Of a DNA stretch of 64,000 nucleotides, positions 1 through 11,769 are shown piece after piece (within the stretch, counting starts at the first letter, position 1; each line of letters begins with the position of its first letter). Source of the DNA: Macrostomum lignano (taxonomy: Eukaryota). Under the pieces are notes generated by a model. That model saw only the letters and a list, made by a program, of their open reading frames with translations, did not search any database and was not told the DNA's origin. The DNA is taken from the NCBI GenBank assembly GCA_002269645.1, contig NIVC01000176.1, positions 620,001-684,000 on the forward strand, in the 5' to 3' direction. The position numbers and the translations under genes were made by a program.

Positions 1-150
1 AGAATCTCACTCTTAAGACTATCTTTTCCAAGAATCTCACCCGTGATAATCTCAAGAGTGAGATTTTTATCTGCTATAAGAATCTCATTTATTCGAACAG
101 CATTCCCCAGGAGTTGAAGCGGTCATCAAAGAACCCGACGGTAGTCTCAC

Positions 151-3100
151 CTTCTCGCCCAGATGTTCGTACAGCTCAGCCAACCGGAACAGGGCCATTG
201 TGTCCGGATCGCCCAAGTGAAACGCTTTCACGTAGCATTTCTTCGCCTCCTCGTTGAGACTAACCCGACTGTAGCTCTCGCCCAGGGCAACCATAACGCG
301 AGGATCTGTATTGCACAGGCGTTGGCATTCGCGGAAATAATAAATTGCGTAATAGGATTTGTTGTTTAATTCGTGCGCGTGGCCCAGGCCGTACCAGCCG
401 CGGTAGTCCGCTGGGTTGAATGTGACCGCCTTGTGGTAGGCTTGGATAGCATTGCTCACCTGCTCGGGCGGGTTAGGGATAGAGATTCTTACCTGTGCAG
501 GTCACTCTTTGCTGTCTACCTGTCCACCACACTGTCTGAACTCTACCTGTCAACCACACTATCTGAACTCTACCTGTCCACCACACTGTCTGAACTCTAC
601 CTGTCCACCACTCTGTCTGAACTCTACCTGTCCACCACACTGTCTGAACTCTACCTGTCCACCACACTGTCTGAACTCTACCTGTCAACCACACTGTCTG
701 AACTCTACCTGTCCACCACACTGTCTGAACTCTACCTGTCAACCACACTGTCTGAACTCTACCTGTCCACCACACTGTCTGAACTCTATCTGTCCACCAC
801 ACTGTCTGAACTCTATCTGTCAACCACTCTATCTGAACTCTATCTGTCCACCACACTGTCTGAACTCTACCTGTCCACCACTCTATCTGAACTCTATCTG
901 TCCACCACACTGTCTGAACTCTATCTGTCCACCACTCTATCTGAACTCTACCTGTCCACCACTCTATCTGAACTCTATCTGTCCACTCTATCTGAGAACT
1001 CTACCTGTCCACTCTATCTGAGAACTCTACATGTCCACTCTATCTGAGAACTCTACCTGTCCACTCTATCTGAGAACTCTACATGTCCACTCTATCTGAG
1101 AACTCTACCTGTCCACTCTATCTGAACTCTATCTGTCCACTCTATCTGAGAACTCTACCTGTCCACCACTCTATCTGAGAACTCTACCTGTCCACCACTC
1201 TATCTGAGAACTCTACCTGTCCACCACTCTATCTGAGAACTCTACCTGTCCACCACTCTATCTGAGAACTCTACCTGTCCACTCTATCTGAACTCTATCT
1301 GTCCACTCTATCTGAGAACTCTACCTGTCCACCACTCTATCTGAGAACTCTACCTGTCCACCACTCTATCTGAGAACTCTACCTGTCCACCACTCTATCT
1401 GAGAACTCTACATGTCCACTCTATCTGAGAACTCTACCTGTCCACTCTATCTGAACTCTATCTGTCCACTCTATCTGAGAACTCTACCTGTCCACCACTC
1501 TATCTGAGAACTCTACCTGTCCACCACTCTATCTGAGAACTCTACCTGTCCACTCTATCTTAGAACTCTACCTGTCCACTCTATCTGAGAACTCTACATG
1601 TCCACTCTATCTGAGAACTCTACCTGTCCACTCTATCTGAGAACTCTACCTGTCCACTCTATCTGAACTCTACCTGTCCACTCTATCTGAGAACTCTACC
1701 TGTCCACTCTATCTGAACTCTACCTGTCCACTCTATCTGAGAACTCTACCTGTCCACTCTATCTGAGAACTCTACCTGTCCACTCTATCTGAGAACTCTA
1801 CCTGTCCACTCTATCTGAGAACTCTACCTGTCCACTCTATCTGAGAACTCTACCTGTCCACTCTATCTGAGCTCTACCTGTCCACTATCTGAGCTCTACC
1901 TGTCCACTCTATCTGAGAACTCTACCTGTCCACTATCTGAGCTCTACCTGTCCACTCTATCTGAGAACTCTACCTGTCCACTCTATCTGAGAACTCTACC
2001 TGTCCACTCTATCTGAGAACTCTACCTGTCCACTCTATCTGAGAACTCTACCTGTCCACTATCTGAGCTCTACCTGTCCACTCTATCTGAGAACTCTACC
2101 TGTCCACTCTATCTGAGAACTCTACCTGTCCACTCTATCTGAGAACTCTACCTGTCCACTCTATCTGAGAACTCTACCTGTCCACTCTATCTGAGAACTC
2201 TACCTGTCCACTCTATCTGAGAACTCTACCTGTCCACTCTATCTGAGAACTCTACCTGTCCACTCTATCTGAGAACTCTACCTGTCCACTCTATCTGAGA
2301 ACTCTACCTGTCCACTCTATCTGAGAACTCTACCTGTCCACTCTATCTGAGAACTCTACCTGTCCACTCTATCTGAGAACTCTACCTGTCCACTCTATCT
2401 GAGAACTCTACCTGTCCACTCTATCTAAGAACACTGAAATCTACCTATTCTATAGAAAATGCCAAACCAAAAAAGTCACGAAGCGGAACAGCTACCTGCT
2501 TCAACTCCAGGTACTCGTGCCCAACCAGAATCCACACCAAAGCATAGTCGGGCCTGAGTCGCAGGGCCCGTTGAAAATAAGACAGCGCCTTGTCGTGACT
2601 GCCTCTTAATCCGTAATAATTGCCAACAACGCAGCAGGTCTCCGGTCGGTATTTATCAACTAGGACGCATTGGTGCGCCAGATCGGCCATCAGAGAGTGA
2701 TTGTTGTCAACGTACAGAATGTTGGAGTAGACATCGGCACCATCTAGGGCGCATCTGTTAGGGTGGGTCGGCCAGTTTGTTTTTTAATTAGCGAGGGAGT
2801 TGCGAGCACAGCTACTCAATAGATTTCCACAGAATCCCTGTTCAGCTGTTCATCCGCGCAAATACCACAACCGTTAATCTACAGGATCTAATTATTTTAA
2901 TCCACTGAAACTCATACCCAGTTAATCCGCTGAATCTTATACCCTGTTAATCCGCTGAATCTCATTCCCAGTTAATCCTCCGAATCTCATAACCCGTTAA
3001 TCCACTAAACTTCATACTCCGTTCATCCGATGAATGTCATTACTCTGTTAATCCACTGAATCTCATACCCAGTTTGTTAATCCGTTGAATCTCATACCCT

Positions 3101-5124
3101 GATAATCCGCTGAATTTCATACCCTGATAATCCGCTGAATCTCATACCCTGATAATCCGCCGAATCTCATACCCTGATAATCCGCTGAATCTCATACACT
3201 GATAATCCGCTGAATCTCATACCCTGATAATCCGCTGAATCTCATACCCTGATAATCCGCTGAATTTCATACCCTGATAATCCGCTGAATCTCATACACT
3301 GATAATCCGCTGAATCTCATACCCTGATAATCCGCTGAATCTCATACTCTGATAATCCGCTGAATTTCATACCCTGATAATCCGCTGAATCTCATACCCT
3401 GATAATCCACTGAATGTCATACCCTGATAATCCGCTGAATGTCATACCCTGATAATCCGCTAAATCTCATACCCTGTTCATCCGCTGAATCTCATAGCCT
3501 GTTATGAGTAATCCGGCTTAAAATGAAACCACCCGATCAGCCTAATCGGAATTCTTAGAATGGCTCTAGTAATGTAAACAACCCAAACAAGCAGTCGAAC
3601 AAATCCAGAAACTTGCCTGTCAGACTCGAACAGCTGTTTAAACACAGCCTTAGCCTCGCCCATGGATCTCTGCTGATCCTTCACAATGCCCAGATAGCGC
3701 ATCAGATAGGCGCAATCGGCAAGGCAGCCGCCATGCGCCGCAGTCAATTCGTTTAGCAGCAGTTCCGCTTTGCCGCTCTCGTGCAGTCGAACATAGGCGG
3801 CAACTAAAAAGAACTGACGCATCCAATGTCTAGGCAAGACTAGGCCCTCCAGTTCGTGCCGATTTCGTACCAGATCGGCCAGCATTGACCAGGCCGGCCA
3901 TAGGGCTGGCTCCTGCCTCAGCGAGGTGGTCAGCGCCGCGCTAGCCTGATCCTCGTAGCCCAGCGATTTCAGCACCAGCGCGTACAGATAGTAACAGTAG
4001 GCGTCCAGGCCGGGACCTGGGCGGCGAATTCGAAGTTCGAGTTCGCGTTTGATCTGCAAAAGTTTTATTTTTAATTGGAGGTGTAGATAAGAAACTAGAA
4101 TGCATGCTTTAAGCTCTTGTACTTTGATGTACATTGGCGGCGATTACGGCGACTATCCCGGCAGGGTAGGGATAATAGTTTGGAATGTACATTAGCGGCA
4201 AGGCAGGAAGAATTGTTTTAAATGTACATTGGCGGCGGGACAGGAAGAATTGTTTTGAATGTACATTGGCGGCGGGGCAGGAAGAATTGTTTTGAATGTA
4301 CATTGGCGGCGGGACAGGAAGAATTGTTTTGAATGTACATTGGCGGCGGGACAGGAAGAATTGTTTTAAATGTACATTGGCGGCGAGGCAGGAATAATAT
4401 TTTAAATGTACATTGACTGCGGGGCTGGAATGCCCAAAGTAGCCTTTACACGCACAGCTATCCCCGCACTAACCTCGATCAGTTCATTCTGCACAACGGC
4501 ACTACGGGAGCCTCCTAAACCGGCCGCTCCGCCAACTACAGGAGCAGGCTGCTGCTGTTGCTGCTGCTGCTGCGGTGATTGTTGCTGCTGCTGTTGTTGC
4601 TGCGTTGACGGTTGCTGCTGTTGCAGCCAACGCAGCTCGGCTTCATCGTCTAATCGACGCTTCTCAGCGGCTCGATACTTTGAGTACAAATACAGAAAAT
4701 ACAGCAGCGGATGCGCCGGCTGCTCAGCGCTATCGTTAGCGCAACGCTTCTTAGCGTAGGCGCAAGCGCGTAGAAATTCTCCCCGATCCAAATAGGATTT
4801 GGCTAAACTGTAGGCGGTATAGCCGTCGGAGCCCAGGCTCAGTATGAGCTCGCAGGCCGACTGCGCTGAGCCGCTGCTGCCGCAGGCGCCTCCTCCACCG
4901 CCACCTCCTTTAGCCAGCAGACAATCGGCAATTTCTGCCAGCCAAGAAGCCGACGCATTCAAGCCGCGCATCTGGCACTGCGGCAACAGTCGGCTAACAT
5001 CGTCAAGAGCCTGACGGGGCGTCGGGGGTGGAACTGGTGGAAGATGCCGCTGAGCCTGCTGCTGTTGCTGCTGTTGCTGCTGAGGCGGCGGCGGTGGCTT
5101 TAGATCGGGAGTTGAAATATCCAT
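151..5124 (-). CDS. CDC23: Anaphase-promoting complex subunit 8 (CDC23), 3'-partial; exons 5124-4474, 4053-3617, 2754-2496, 459-151, continuing beyond the window start
   Basis: Joined exons keep frame (phases 0,2,0,0). They give APC8 N-terminal motifs (YSLAKSYLDRGEFLRA, LYFLYLYSKYRAAEK, LYALVLK, W-x-AW) and TPR motifs (DVYSNILYV, KYRPETCCVVGNYYGLRGSHDKALSYFQRALRL, DYRGWYGLGHAHE). Confidence 0.95.
520..2426. repeat. Intronic minisatellite: 27-bp unit (ctctacctgtccaccacactgtctgaa) drifting to a 26-bp unit (ctctacctgtccactctatctgagaa)
   Basis: Tandem copies visible directly; fills CDC23 intron 3; source of spurious ORFs 373-1047, 452-1021 and 473-910. Confidence 0.95.
2915..3500. repeat. Intronic minisatellite, ~25-bp unit (aatccgctgaatctcataccctgat)
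   Basis: Tandem copies in CDC23 intron 2. Confidence 0.9.
4126..4415. repeat. Intronic minisatellite, ~37-bp unit (aatgtacattggcggcgggacaggaagaattgttttg)
   Basis: Tandem copies in CDC23 intron 1. Confidence 0.9.
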
Positions 5125-5531
5125 TTTTTCACCTGGAAATCAAGAGTTACACAAATTATATATAGGGAAAATTTTCTGTCCAATATATCTTAACCAAGAT
5201 CGCCTTGCTAAAGCCAAAGATACTTTAAACTATTGATAGTTGTCACCAACAGAAAGTGCTTATCTACTATTTGGTAGCAAAAGTAGCGCTTTTCGCTTTC
5301 ACTAAATATATAAATTTCAAAACATTTAAATTCAAAGCTTTTCTGAAGTTGCAACAATCGCCCTGGACTCTCTACAAGCGGACCCATTGATTTAACATCT
5401 TCATCCTGTTTGAAGCTGCACCCAAATCCAATGCGTGTGCATGGCGAGCAAGAGAAAACGGCTGGCGCCCCAACCAGGCTGAGAACCAGTTTGGCTCTCA
5501 TCTTGCCGCTTGTCTGACTGTCCTCTTTTTC

Positions 5532-6080
5532 TTACTGCTCTCTCATTGGCTGAGCCAGTTTGGGCCTGCGGCCCCCTAGGCTGAGTCTTATCCGTCTGAC
5601 TTTGACCTCTCTCCTTACTGCTCTCTCATTGGCTGAGCCAGTTTGGGCCTGCGGCCCCCTAGGCTGAGTCTTATCCGTCTGACTTTGACCTCTCTCCTTA
5701 CTGCTCTCTCATTGGCTGAGTCAGTTTGGGCCTGCGGCCCCCTAGGCTGAGTCTTATCCGTCTGACTTTGACCTCTCTCCTTACTGCTCTCTCATTGGCT
5801 GAGCCAGTTTGGGCCTGCGGCCCCCTAGGCTGAGTTTTATACGTCTGACTTTGACCTCTCTCCTTACTGCTCTCTCATTGGCTGAGTCAGTTTGGGCCTG
5901 CGGCCCCCTAGGCTGAGTTTTATCCGTCTGACTTTGACCTCTCTCCTTACTGCTCTCTCATTGGCTGAGCCAGTTTGGGCCTGCGGCCCCCTAGGCTGAG
6001 TCTTATCCGTCTGAATTTGACCTCTCTCCTTACTGCTCTCTCATTGGCTGAGCCAGTTTGGGCCTTGCAGCCCCTAGGCT
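5532..6080 (-). promoter_or_regulatory. 83-bp tandem repeat x7, each unit carrying a consensus CCAAT box (AGCCAATGAG on the minus strand), upstream of CDC23
   Basis: attgg occurs at 5545, 5628, 5711, 5794, 5877, 5960 and 6043 (exact 83-bp period). The repeat is seen directly; its regulatory role is inferred. Confidence 0.6.
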
Positions 6081-6914
6081 TGAGTTTCGTCGGTCTTGCG
6101 TTCACTTGTAAACATCAAGTCAAATGCTTGTTTTTTTAACCCCATAAGCTCCTGAGGCCGCAAACCTACAGTAAGGAAAGGAAATTTTTACTGTCACATT
6201 AAATTTAAGTGATTAGCCACTCTTTTTATTCACAAATCTAATTGCGTGTGACATATCTGATTATTCTAGTATCTGTGAATAAAAGCCGATCATTTAGGAG
6301 TTCGAGTAGCTTAGACTACCATATTAAAAAATAAATTAATTTCTTTTATAATTATCAATTGGCTTAACTAAGAGCGCTAACTCTAATCCTAACCTGAATT
6401 ATTGGCAGTCAAATGTTGGCACTATTTAGAAATATACTCGTACATCGGAAGTAGGAATACCTAACTGCTTCGCAAAATTTCAAAGAAAATAAAGTTTAGA
6501 ACCGTTTTTTCGCCATCATAAATCCAAGCGCCTTATCTTTGTATTGGCCAGTCTTTTTGGCAGCTATTCTGCTGTGAAAAAAAAATATATAATTGGTTCA
6601 AAAACAGCGCACAATTCTAAAGGCCGCACAAAAGCTGGTATTGCAATGATTCAGTTAGAGTTTCTTTTGGTAAAACAACTATAATAATAATAATACTTGA
6701 AACTTAAAATAGAAAAAATATCGAGATGTGTTTTATTTATGCTGAACTAGTAGCCTTTAGTACTCGGGTCCATTGTAAGTTAAATCAGAGTCTGTCATTG
6801 CAACTGTTTAATTAAACAGAAAATTAATGCTTTGAAATATATGATGCCTAGTTATATATATGCATGTTAGTAACAATAATGAAACAATTCTTAATCAGAA
6901 AGTGTAAATTTGAA

Positions 6915-7360
6915 GGAGGAGAGGGAGAGAAGAGAGGGAGAGAAGGAAGAGAAGAGAGGGGGAGAAGGCAGGGTTGAGAGGGGGAGAAGGCAGGGTTGAG
7001 AGGGGAAGAAGGCAGATAAGAGAGGGGGAGAAGGCAGAGAAGAGAGGGGGAGAAGGCAGAGAAGAGAGGGGGAGAAGGCAGAGAAGAGAAGGGGAGAAGG
7101 CAGAGAAGAGAAGGGGAAGAAGGCAGAGAAGAGAAGGGAAGAAGGCAGAGAAGAGAGGCGGGGAAGGCAGAGAAGAGAGGCGGGGAAGGCAGAGAAGAGA
7201 GGGGGAGAAGGCAGAGAAGAGAGAGGGAGAGAAGGCACAGAAGAGAGGCGGGGAAGGCAGAGAAGAGAGGCGGGGAAGGCAGAGAAGAGAGGGGGAGAAG
7301 GCAGAGAAGAGAGAGGGAGAGAAGGCACAGAAGAGAAGGCAGAGAAGGCAGAGGGGGAGA
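6915..7360. repeat. Purine-rich (A/G) low-complexity tandem repeat
   Basis: gagaagagagggggagaaggca-type units. Confidence 0.9.
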
Positions 7361-7559
7361 AGACAGATAGGCATGATAGGGGATAAAGAATGAGATTACT
7401 GCTGTGAAACAATCAGTTGAGTAGGTATTTATAAACTCTTATTTTTCAATCGAAATAAACACACAGGGTAGAAAATTTATACCAAAATGCACAGTAAACA
7501 TGCGACAACCTGTGAAAGGCTCTGACAAAACAAAACGAAAAACCAAACATGGTAAAGAA

Positions 7560-7764
7560 TGTAATGCCACTCTGGCCAGTACTAGCTTGAACATTGTATT
7601 AGCACGTACATGTCGCTACTCAACTTATGTACGTAAGGCACGCGGCTCAATTGTGCACGTTGCAATCAGATCGCTTCCAAATATAAATATCGTCTCACCC
7701 TACTTGGAGGGTTAAGGCTTTTTCTCGCACGCCACAAACACTGCCTGACTCCTGAGTCATTACA
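7560..7764 (+). repeat. 5' LTR
   Basis: Direct repeat of 11884-12088. Confidence 0.97.
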
Positions 7765-7785
7765 TTGGCGTCGCAAGGCTGAACC

Positions 7786-10700
7786 ATGGCCTTCCTACAA
7801 CTGCCGGCCCCAGGTAACTTTAGCATTAGAGACGACCCCCACTCCACAAGCAAGCGCTGGCAGGAGTGGTCATCCAACCTTCTACGCTACCTGGCGGCCA
7901 CGGGCATCACAAACGAGACACAGAAACGCCAGATCCTCCTATACACGGCAGGCAAAGAAGTAAGCGACCTGTATAGCGAGATCATAACAACAGAGACCGA
8001 CACAACAGAAGGCGAACCTACAGTCGAACCCACGGTCGACCAGCTGATCGCTCTGTTCACCAAGCATTTCCAAGGTCGCGACAACATTGTGTTTCTCCGC
8101 TACCAATTCCGCCAGTGCGTGCAGGACGAAGGCGAGTCGATAGACGCCTGGCACAGCAGACTCTGGAGCGCCTCGGAAGCCTGCCAGTTCGAGAGCCTAC
8201 GTTATTCGCTCGTCAGGGACCAAATTGTGGCCAGCTGCCGCAGCGAGTCGCTGAGGAAGCGGCTGCTGAACATCCCCAACATCAACCTGGCGGACACCCT
8301 CCAACTGGCCAGGACGCACGAGGCAGCAGAAAAGCAGGCGGCCATCATGTCCAGGACAGCGGCAGCCTCTGAGGAAGTAGCGCAGGTGCGCCGCCAGCGC
8401 TACCCGCCGCCGGAACTGTCGCGCCAGCCGCAGCCATCCGCGAAGTGCATCCGATGCGGCGAGTCGGGCCACAGGAGCTGCAACAGGGCGCAAGGCAAGC
8501 GGTGCACCAACTGCGGCAAGTTCAACCACCTGGCCAAGGCCTGCCTCAGCCGCTCGAAGATCAACGCGCTACAGCCCGAGCAAGACCAGCTTGCAGACCA
8601 GCCAGTCAACGAGGTGTTCTGCACGCTCAGCGGCAAGGACAATAGCGCCAAATTCCCCATCAGCATCAACGGTCAGCAGGTCTGCACACTGATCGACAGC
8701 GGAGCAAGCTGCAACGTACTGGACATGGCGACGTTCCGCAGAATTTGCCGCCGCGGCACGCCACTTGCGCCGTCCAGCACCAGAGTCTTCGCGCTCGGCG
8801 CCAGCGAGCCGCTGGAGGCAGCCGGTCAAACGACGCTCACCGTCAGGGCGAACCACCGCGAGCTGCAGGCGAACTTCATTGTCATCCGGAGCAGCTGCAC
8901 CCCAATCCTCGGCAGAGCGTCCAGCACGAAGCTCGGTATGCTGAGAGTCGGCCCAGAGGCCTGCACGAACTCGGCGGTGGTGGCCAGCCTGGCCAATCCA
9001 GCGAGATGCGAGGATCAGCACTTGCCTAAGCAGCTACAGCTTGAGAGCATCCTGGCCGACTTCAGCGACCGCTTTCAGGGCATTGGATGCGTGAAGGGCG
9101 TCACCATCACTATCAAGCTGAGATCAGATGCCAGCCCAGTTTGCCAACCGCCATCCCGAGTGCCAGTGCACCTCAGGGCGGCCGTCATCAAAGAGCTGGA
9201 AGAGCAGCTTGCCCTGGGAATCATCGAGCGGGTGCATGGGCCAACAGCCTGGTGCTCCAGGATGGTCGCGGTCCCGAAGGCCGAGCAGGGAGAGGTGCGC
9301 ATCACCCAGGACCTCCGCGAGGTGAACAAGTACGTCATCCCGGAGAAGCAGCCGATCCCCACATTCGAAGAGGTAACCGACGAAATGGCCGGATCGACGT
9401 ATTTTTCGGAGCTGGATGTCGCCAAAGCGTTCCACCAAATTGAAGTCGCCGAGGAGTCCAGGGATCTGCTGACGTTCTCCACGCCAATCGGGCTCCTACG
9501 GCTGCGCCGGCTCTGCATGGGCTACACATCCGCCTCCGAGATCCTCCAGCGGGTGATGTCCTCCGTCCTCAGCGGCCTGCCCGGCGTCCGCTGGGTGCAC
9601 GACGACATCCTGGTGTATGCGAAGAACATTGAGGAGCACAACCAGCGCCTGCGAGACTGCCTGGCTCGGCTGAAGGCCAGCAACATCACGCTGAACCCCA
9701 AAAAGTGCCGCTTCGCTCAGCGAGAGGTCGATTTCCTCGCCATGCGGCTGTCGGCAGTCGGCATTCACCCCAGCACCGAGAAAGTGGCGGCCATCAACAG
9801 TTTCAAGCGGCCGACCAACGCGACCGAGGTCCGCTCGTTCCTCGGCCTCGTCACCTTCGTCGCGCGCTTCATCAGCAACCTGTCCGACAGGGCTCGGCCA
9901 CTCCGAGAGCTGACCCGACAGGCCGCCGAGTGGACATGGGGTGAGCAACAGGAGGCCGCGTTCAAGGACATTAAGCAAACGATCGCCAGCAGCGAGGCGC
10001 TGGCATTCTTCAACAGCAAGCTTCCGACCCAGCTAATCGTGGACGCCAGCCCCACAGGCGTCGGCGCCATCCTCGCCCAAGTCCAACCTGACGGATCGAC
10101 GCGGCCGGTGGCGTACGCGAGCCGCAGCCTGAGCCCGACCGAGCAGCGCTACTCCCAGACGGAGCGGGAGGCGCTCGCGGTGAAGTACGGTGGCCTGAAG
10201 TTTCATCACTACCTCAGCGGCGGCGGCAACTTCAAGGTAATCACCGACCACAAGCCGCTGGTATCCCTGTTCAGCCCGGGGTCGCGGCCGCCGCCCCGCA
10301 TTGAGCGCATGGCGCTGCGACTGCAAGACCTGGTCTTCCAAGTGGTTTATCAACCCGGAGCCGGCAATCCGTCCGACGTCCTGAGCCGCCAGCCGCTGCC
10401 AATGCCGCCGAACAACGTCGGTGAGCAGGCGGATGCGATCTACGTGGCCACGGCAGTGCGGGCGGCCACCCCGGTGTCCATCAGCCTGACCATCATCAAG
10501 GCCGCCTCCGACCAAGATTCCACTGTCCAAGCAGCTCTGCACGCCATCCGCGGGAACCAGTGGGACAAGAGCGACACGCGCCTACAGGGACTGCACGGCG
10601 TGGCCCACGAGTTGTCCGAGCTGGACGGCCTGCTGCTGTGCCGCAGCCAACTGTACATGCCGACGGCTCTGCGGTACCGGTGCCTGCAGCTGGCCCACCA

Positions 10701-11769
10701 GGGCCACCAGGGCGTCAGAAAAACGCTGGACCGCCTACAACCGAAGGTTTGGTGGCCCGGCATGCGAGCATCCGTAGAAGCGCACGTGGCAGCCTGCATC
10801 AGCTGCCAGGCCTGCACCCGCGAGACCGCGCCGAAATCCACGCCACTCAAGCCGACCGAACTACCGGAGGGCCCCTGGCTCGAGCTGGGGCTGGACTTCC
10901 TCGGACCAGTAAGCGGCAAGTCGCTGCTCGTCTGCACGGACCACTTCTCCAGGTTCCCGCTCGTGGAGGTCATGCCCAGCACCACCGCCTCCGCCGTCAC
11001 CAAGGTGCTGCGCCGGTGGTTCAGCATCTTCGGGCAGCCGACAAAGGTAACTACAGACAACGGCCCGCCCTTTGCATCGGCCGAGTTCAGCAGCTTCCTG
11101 GCGGACCAGGGCGCCCGGCACCATCGAATCACGCCTCTCTACCCTCAGGCCAACGGCGCAACGGAGCGGTGCAACCAGGGGCTGAACAAGGCTATTCGCG
11201 CGGCGGTCCTCGAAGGTCGGGACTGGACGCTGGCCTTGGACGAATACCTGGCAGCGTACAGGCGCACTCCACACTGCGCCACAGGCGTCGCACCGGCTAG
11301 TCTGCTATTTGGCAGGCAAATCAACGACGTGATCCCGAGCCTCCAACACTCGCAGCCCATCGACGCGACAAGAGCGGCCATCGCCGACCGCGACCGCCAG
11401 GCCAAAGAGGAGATGAAGCGGCTCGCCGACCAACGCTCCAGGGCAGCAGACCACGCCATCCGTCCGGGCGACCGCGTCCTGAGGCGTCTGCAATCCCGGC
11501 AGAAGACCGACGCCTTCTACGAGCCAGTGCCATGGACCGTGGCCGAGGTCCAGGGCGACTCCCTGCTCATGCAGCGCGACGAGGTCGTCTGCCGCAGGCA
11601 CGCTACGCAGGTCAAGCGGCTGTCCGAGCAGCCTAAGCAGTCCGAAGGGCAGCCGCTCCAGCCGCCTGGCCCCCCTGAGCCCACGGAGCCGATCGCTGCC
11701 CGGCCGCATCCCCGGCAAGCAAAGGACCCGGAGAGGAACTACAAAGAGCCCGACCTGCGCAGAAGCTGA
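7786..11769 (+). CDS. Gag-Pol polyprotein (Gag with CCHC knuckles, aspartic protease, RT, RNase H, integrase)
   Basis: 1327-aa uninterrupted ORF: CTNCGKFNHLAKAC knuckle, LIDSGA protease, VHDDILV RT, VDAS RNase H, AHQGHQG...C-x2-C and LDF...TDNG...ER integrase. The PR-RT-RH-IN order is the gypsy order. Confidence 0.97.
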   Translation: MAFLQLPAPGNFSIRDDPHSTSKRWQEWSSNLLRYLAATGITNETQKRQILLYTAGKEVSDLYSEIITTETDTTEGEPTVEPTVDQLIALFTKHFQGRDNIVFLRYQFRQCVQDEGESIDAWHSRLWSASEACQFESLRYSLVRDQIVASCRSESLRKRLLNIPNINLADTLQLARTHEAAEKQAAIMSRTAAASEEVAQVRRQRYPPPELSRQPQPSAKCIRCGESGHRSCNRAQGKRCTNCGKFNHLAKACLSRSKINALQPEQDQLADQPVNEVFCTLSGKDNSAKFPISINGQQVCTLIDSGASCNVLDMATFRRICRRGTPLAPSSTRVFALGASEPLEAAGQTTLTVRANHRELQANFIVIRSSCTPILGRASSTKLGMLRVGPEACTNSAVVASLANPARCEDQHLPKQLQLESILADFSDRFQGIGCVKGVTITIKLRSDASPVCQPPSRVPVHLRAAVIKELEEQLALGIIERVHGPTAWCSRMVAVPKAEQGEVRITQDLREVNKYVIPEKQPIPTFEEVTDEMAGSTYFSELDVAKAFHQIEVAEESRDLLTFSTPIGLLRLRRLCMGYTSASEILQRVMSSVLSGLPGVRWVHDDILVYAKNIEEHNQRLRDCLARLKASNITLNPKKCRFAQREVDFLAMRLSAVGIHPSTEKVAAINSFKRPTNATEVRSFLGLVTFVARFISNLSDRARPLRELTRQAAEWTWGEQQEAAFKDIKQTIASSEALAFFNSKLPTQLIVDASPTGVGAILAQVQPDGSTRPVAYASRSLSPTEQRYSQTEREALAVKYGGLKFHHYLSGGGNFKVITDHKPLVSLFSPGSRPPPRIERMALRLQDLVFQVVYQPGAGNPSDVLSRQPLPMPPNNVGEQADAIYVATAVRAATPVSISLTIIKAASDQDSTVQAALHAIRGNQWDKSDTRLQGLHGVAHELSELDGLLLCRSQLYMPTALRYRCLQLAHQGHQGVRKTLDRLQPKVWWPGMRASVEAHVAACISCQACTRETAPKSTPLKPTELPEGPWLELGLDFLGPVSGKSLLVCTDHFSRFPLVEVMPSTTASAVTKVLRRWFSIFGQPTKVTTDNGPPFASAEFSSFLADQGARHHRITPLYPQANGATERCNQGLNKAIRAAVLEGRDWTLALDEYLAAYRRTPHCATGVAPASLLFGRQINDVIPSLQHSQPIDATRAAIADRDRQAKEEMKRLADQRSRAADHAIRPGDRVLRRLQSRQKTDAFYEPVPWTVAEVQGDSLLMQRDEVVCRRHATQVKRLSEQPKQSEGQPLQPPGPPEPTEPIAARPHPRQAKDPERNYKEPDLRRS

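Noticed and set aside
373-1047. Long repetitive ORFs (also 24845-25819, 29183-30010, 40315-41454, 40462-41511, 42483-43291, 45708-46370, 50107-50622, 55119-55938, 35908-36677)
   Set aside because: They are translations of minisatellites whose units happen to lack stops; they are open in several frames or strands and lie in introns or intergenic DNA.
5208-5501. 97-aa ORF upstream of CDC23
   Set aside because: No recognisable motif or splice support; it starts inside a degenerate repeat unit.
7765-7782. Assignment of the PBS to a specific tRNA
   Set aside because: The TGGCG start fits a CCA-ending primer, but the identity needs this species' tRNA set.
7887-11718. Many overlapping alternative-frame and antisense ORFs inside the retrotransposon
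   Set aside because: Expected by-product of GC-rich codon usage in gag-pol; no recognisable domains.
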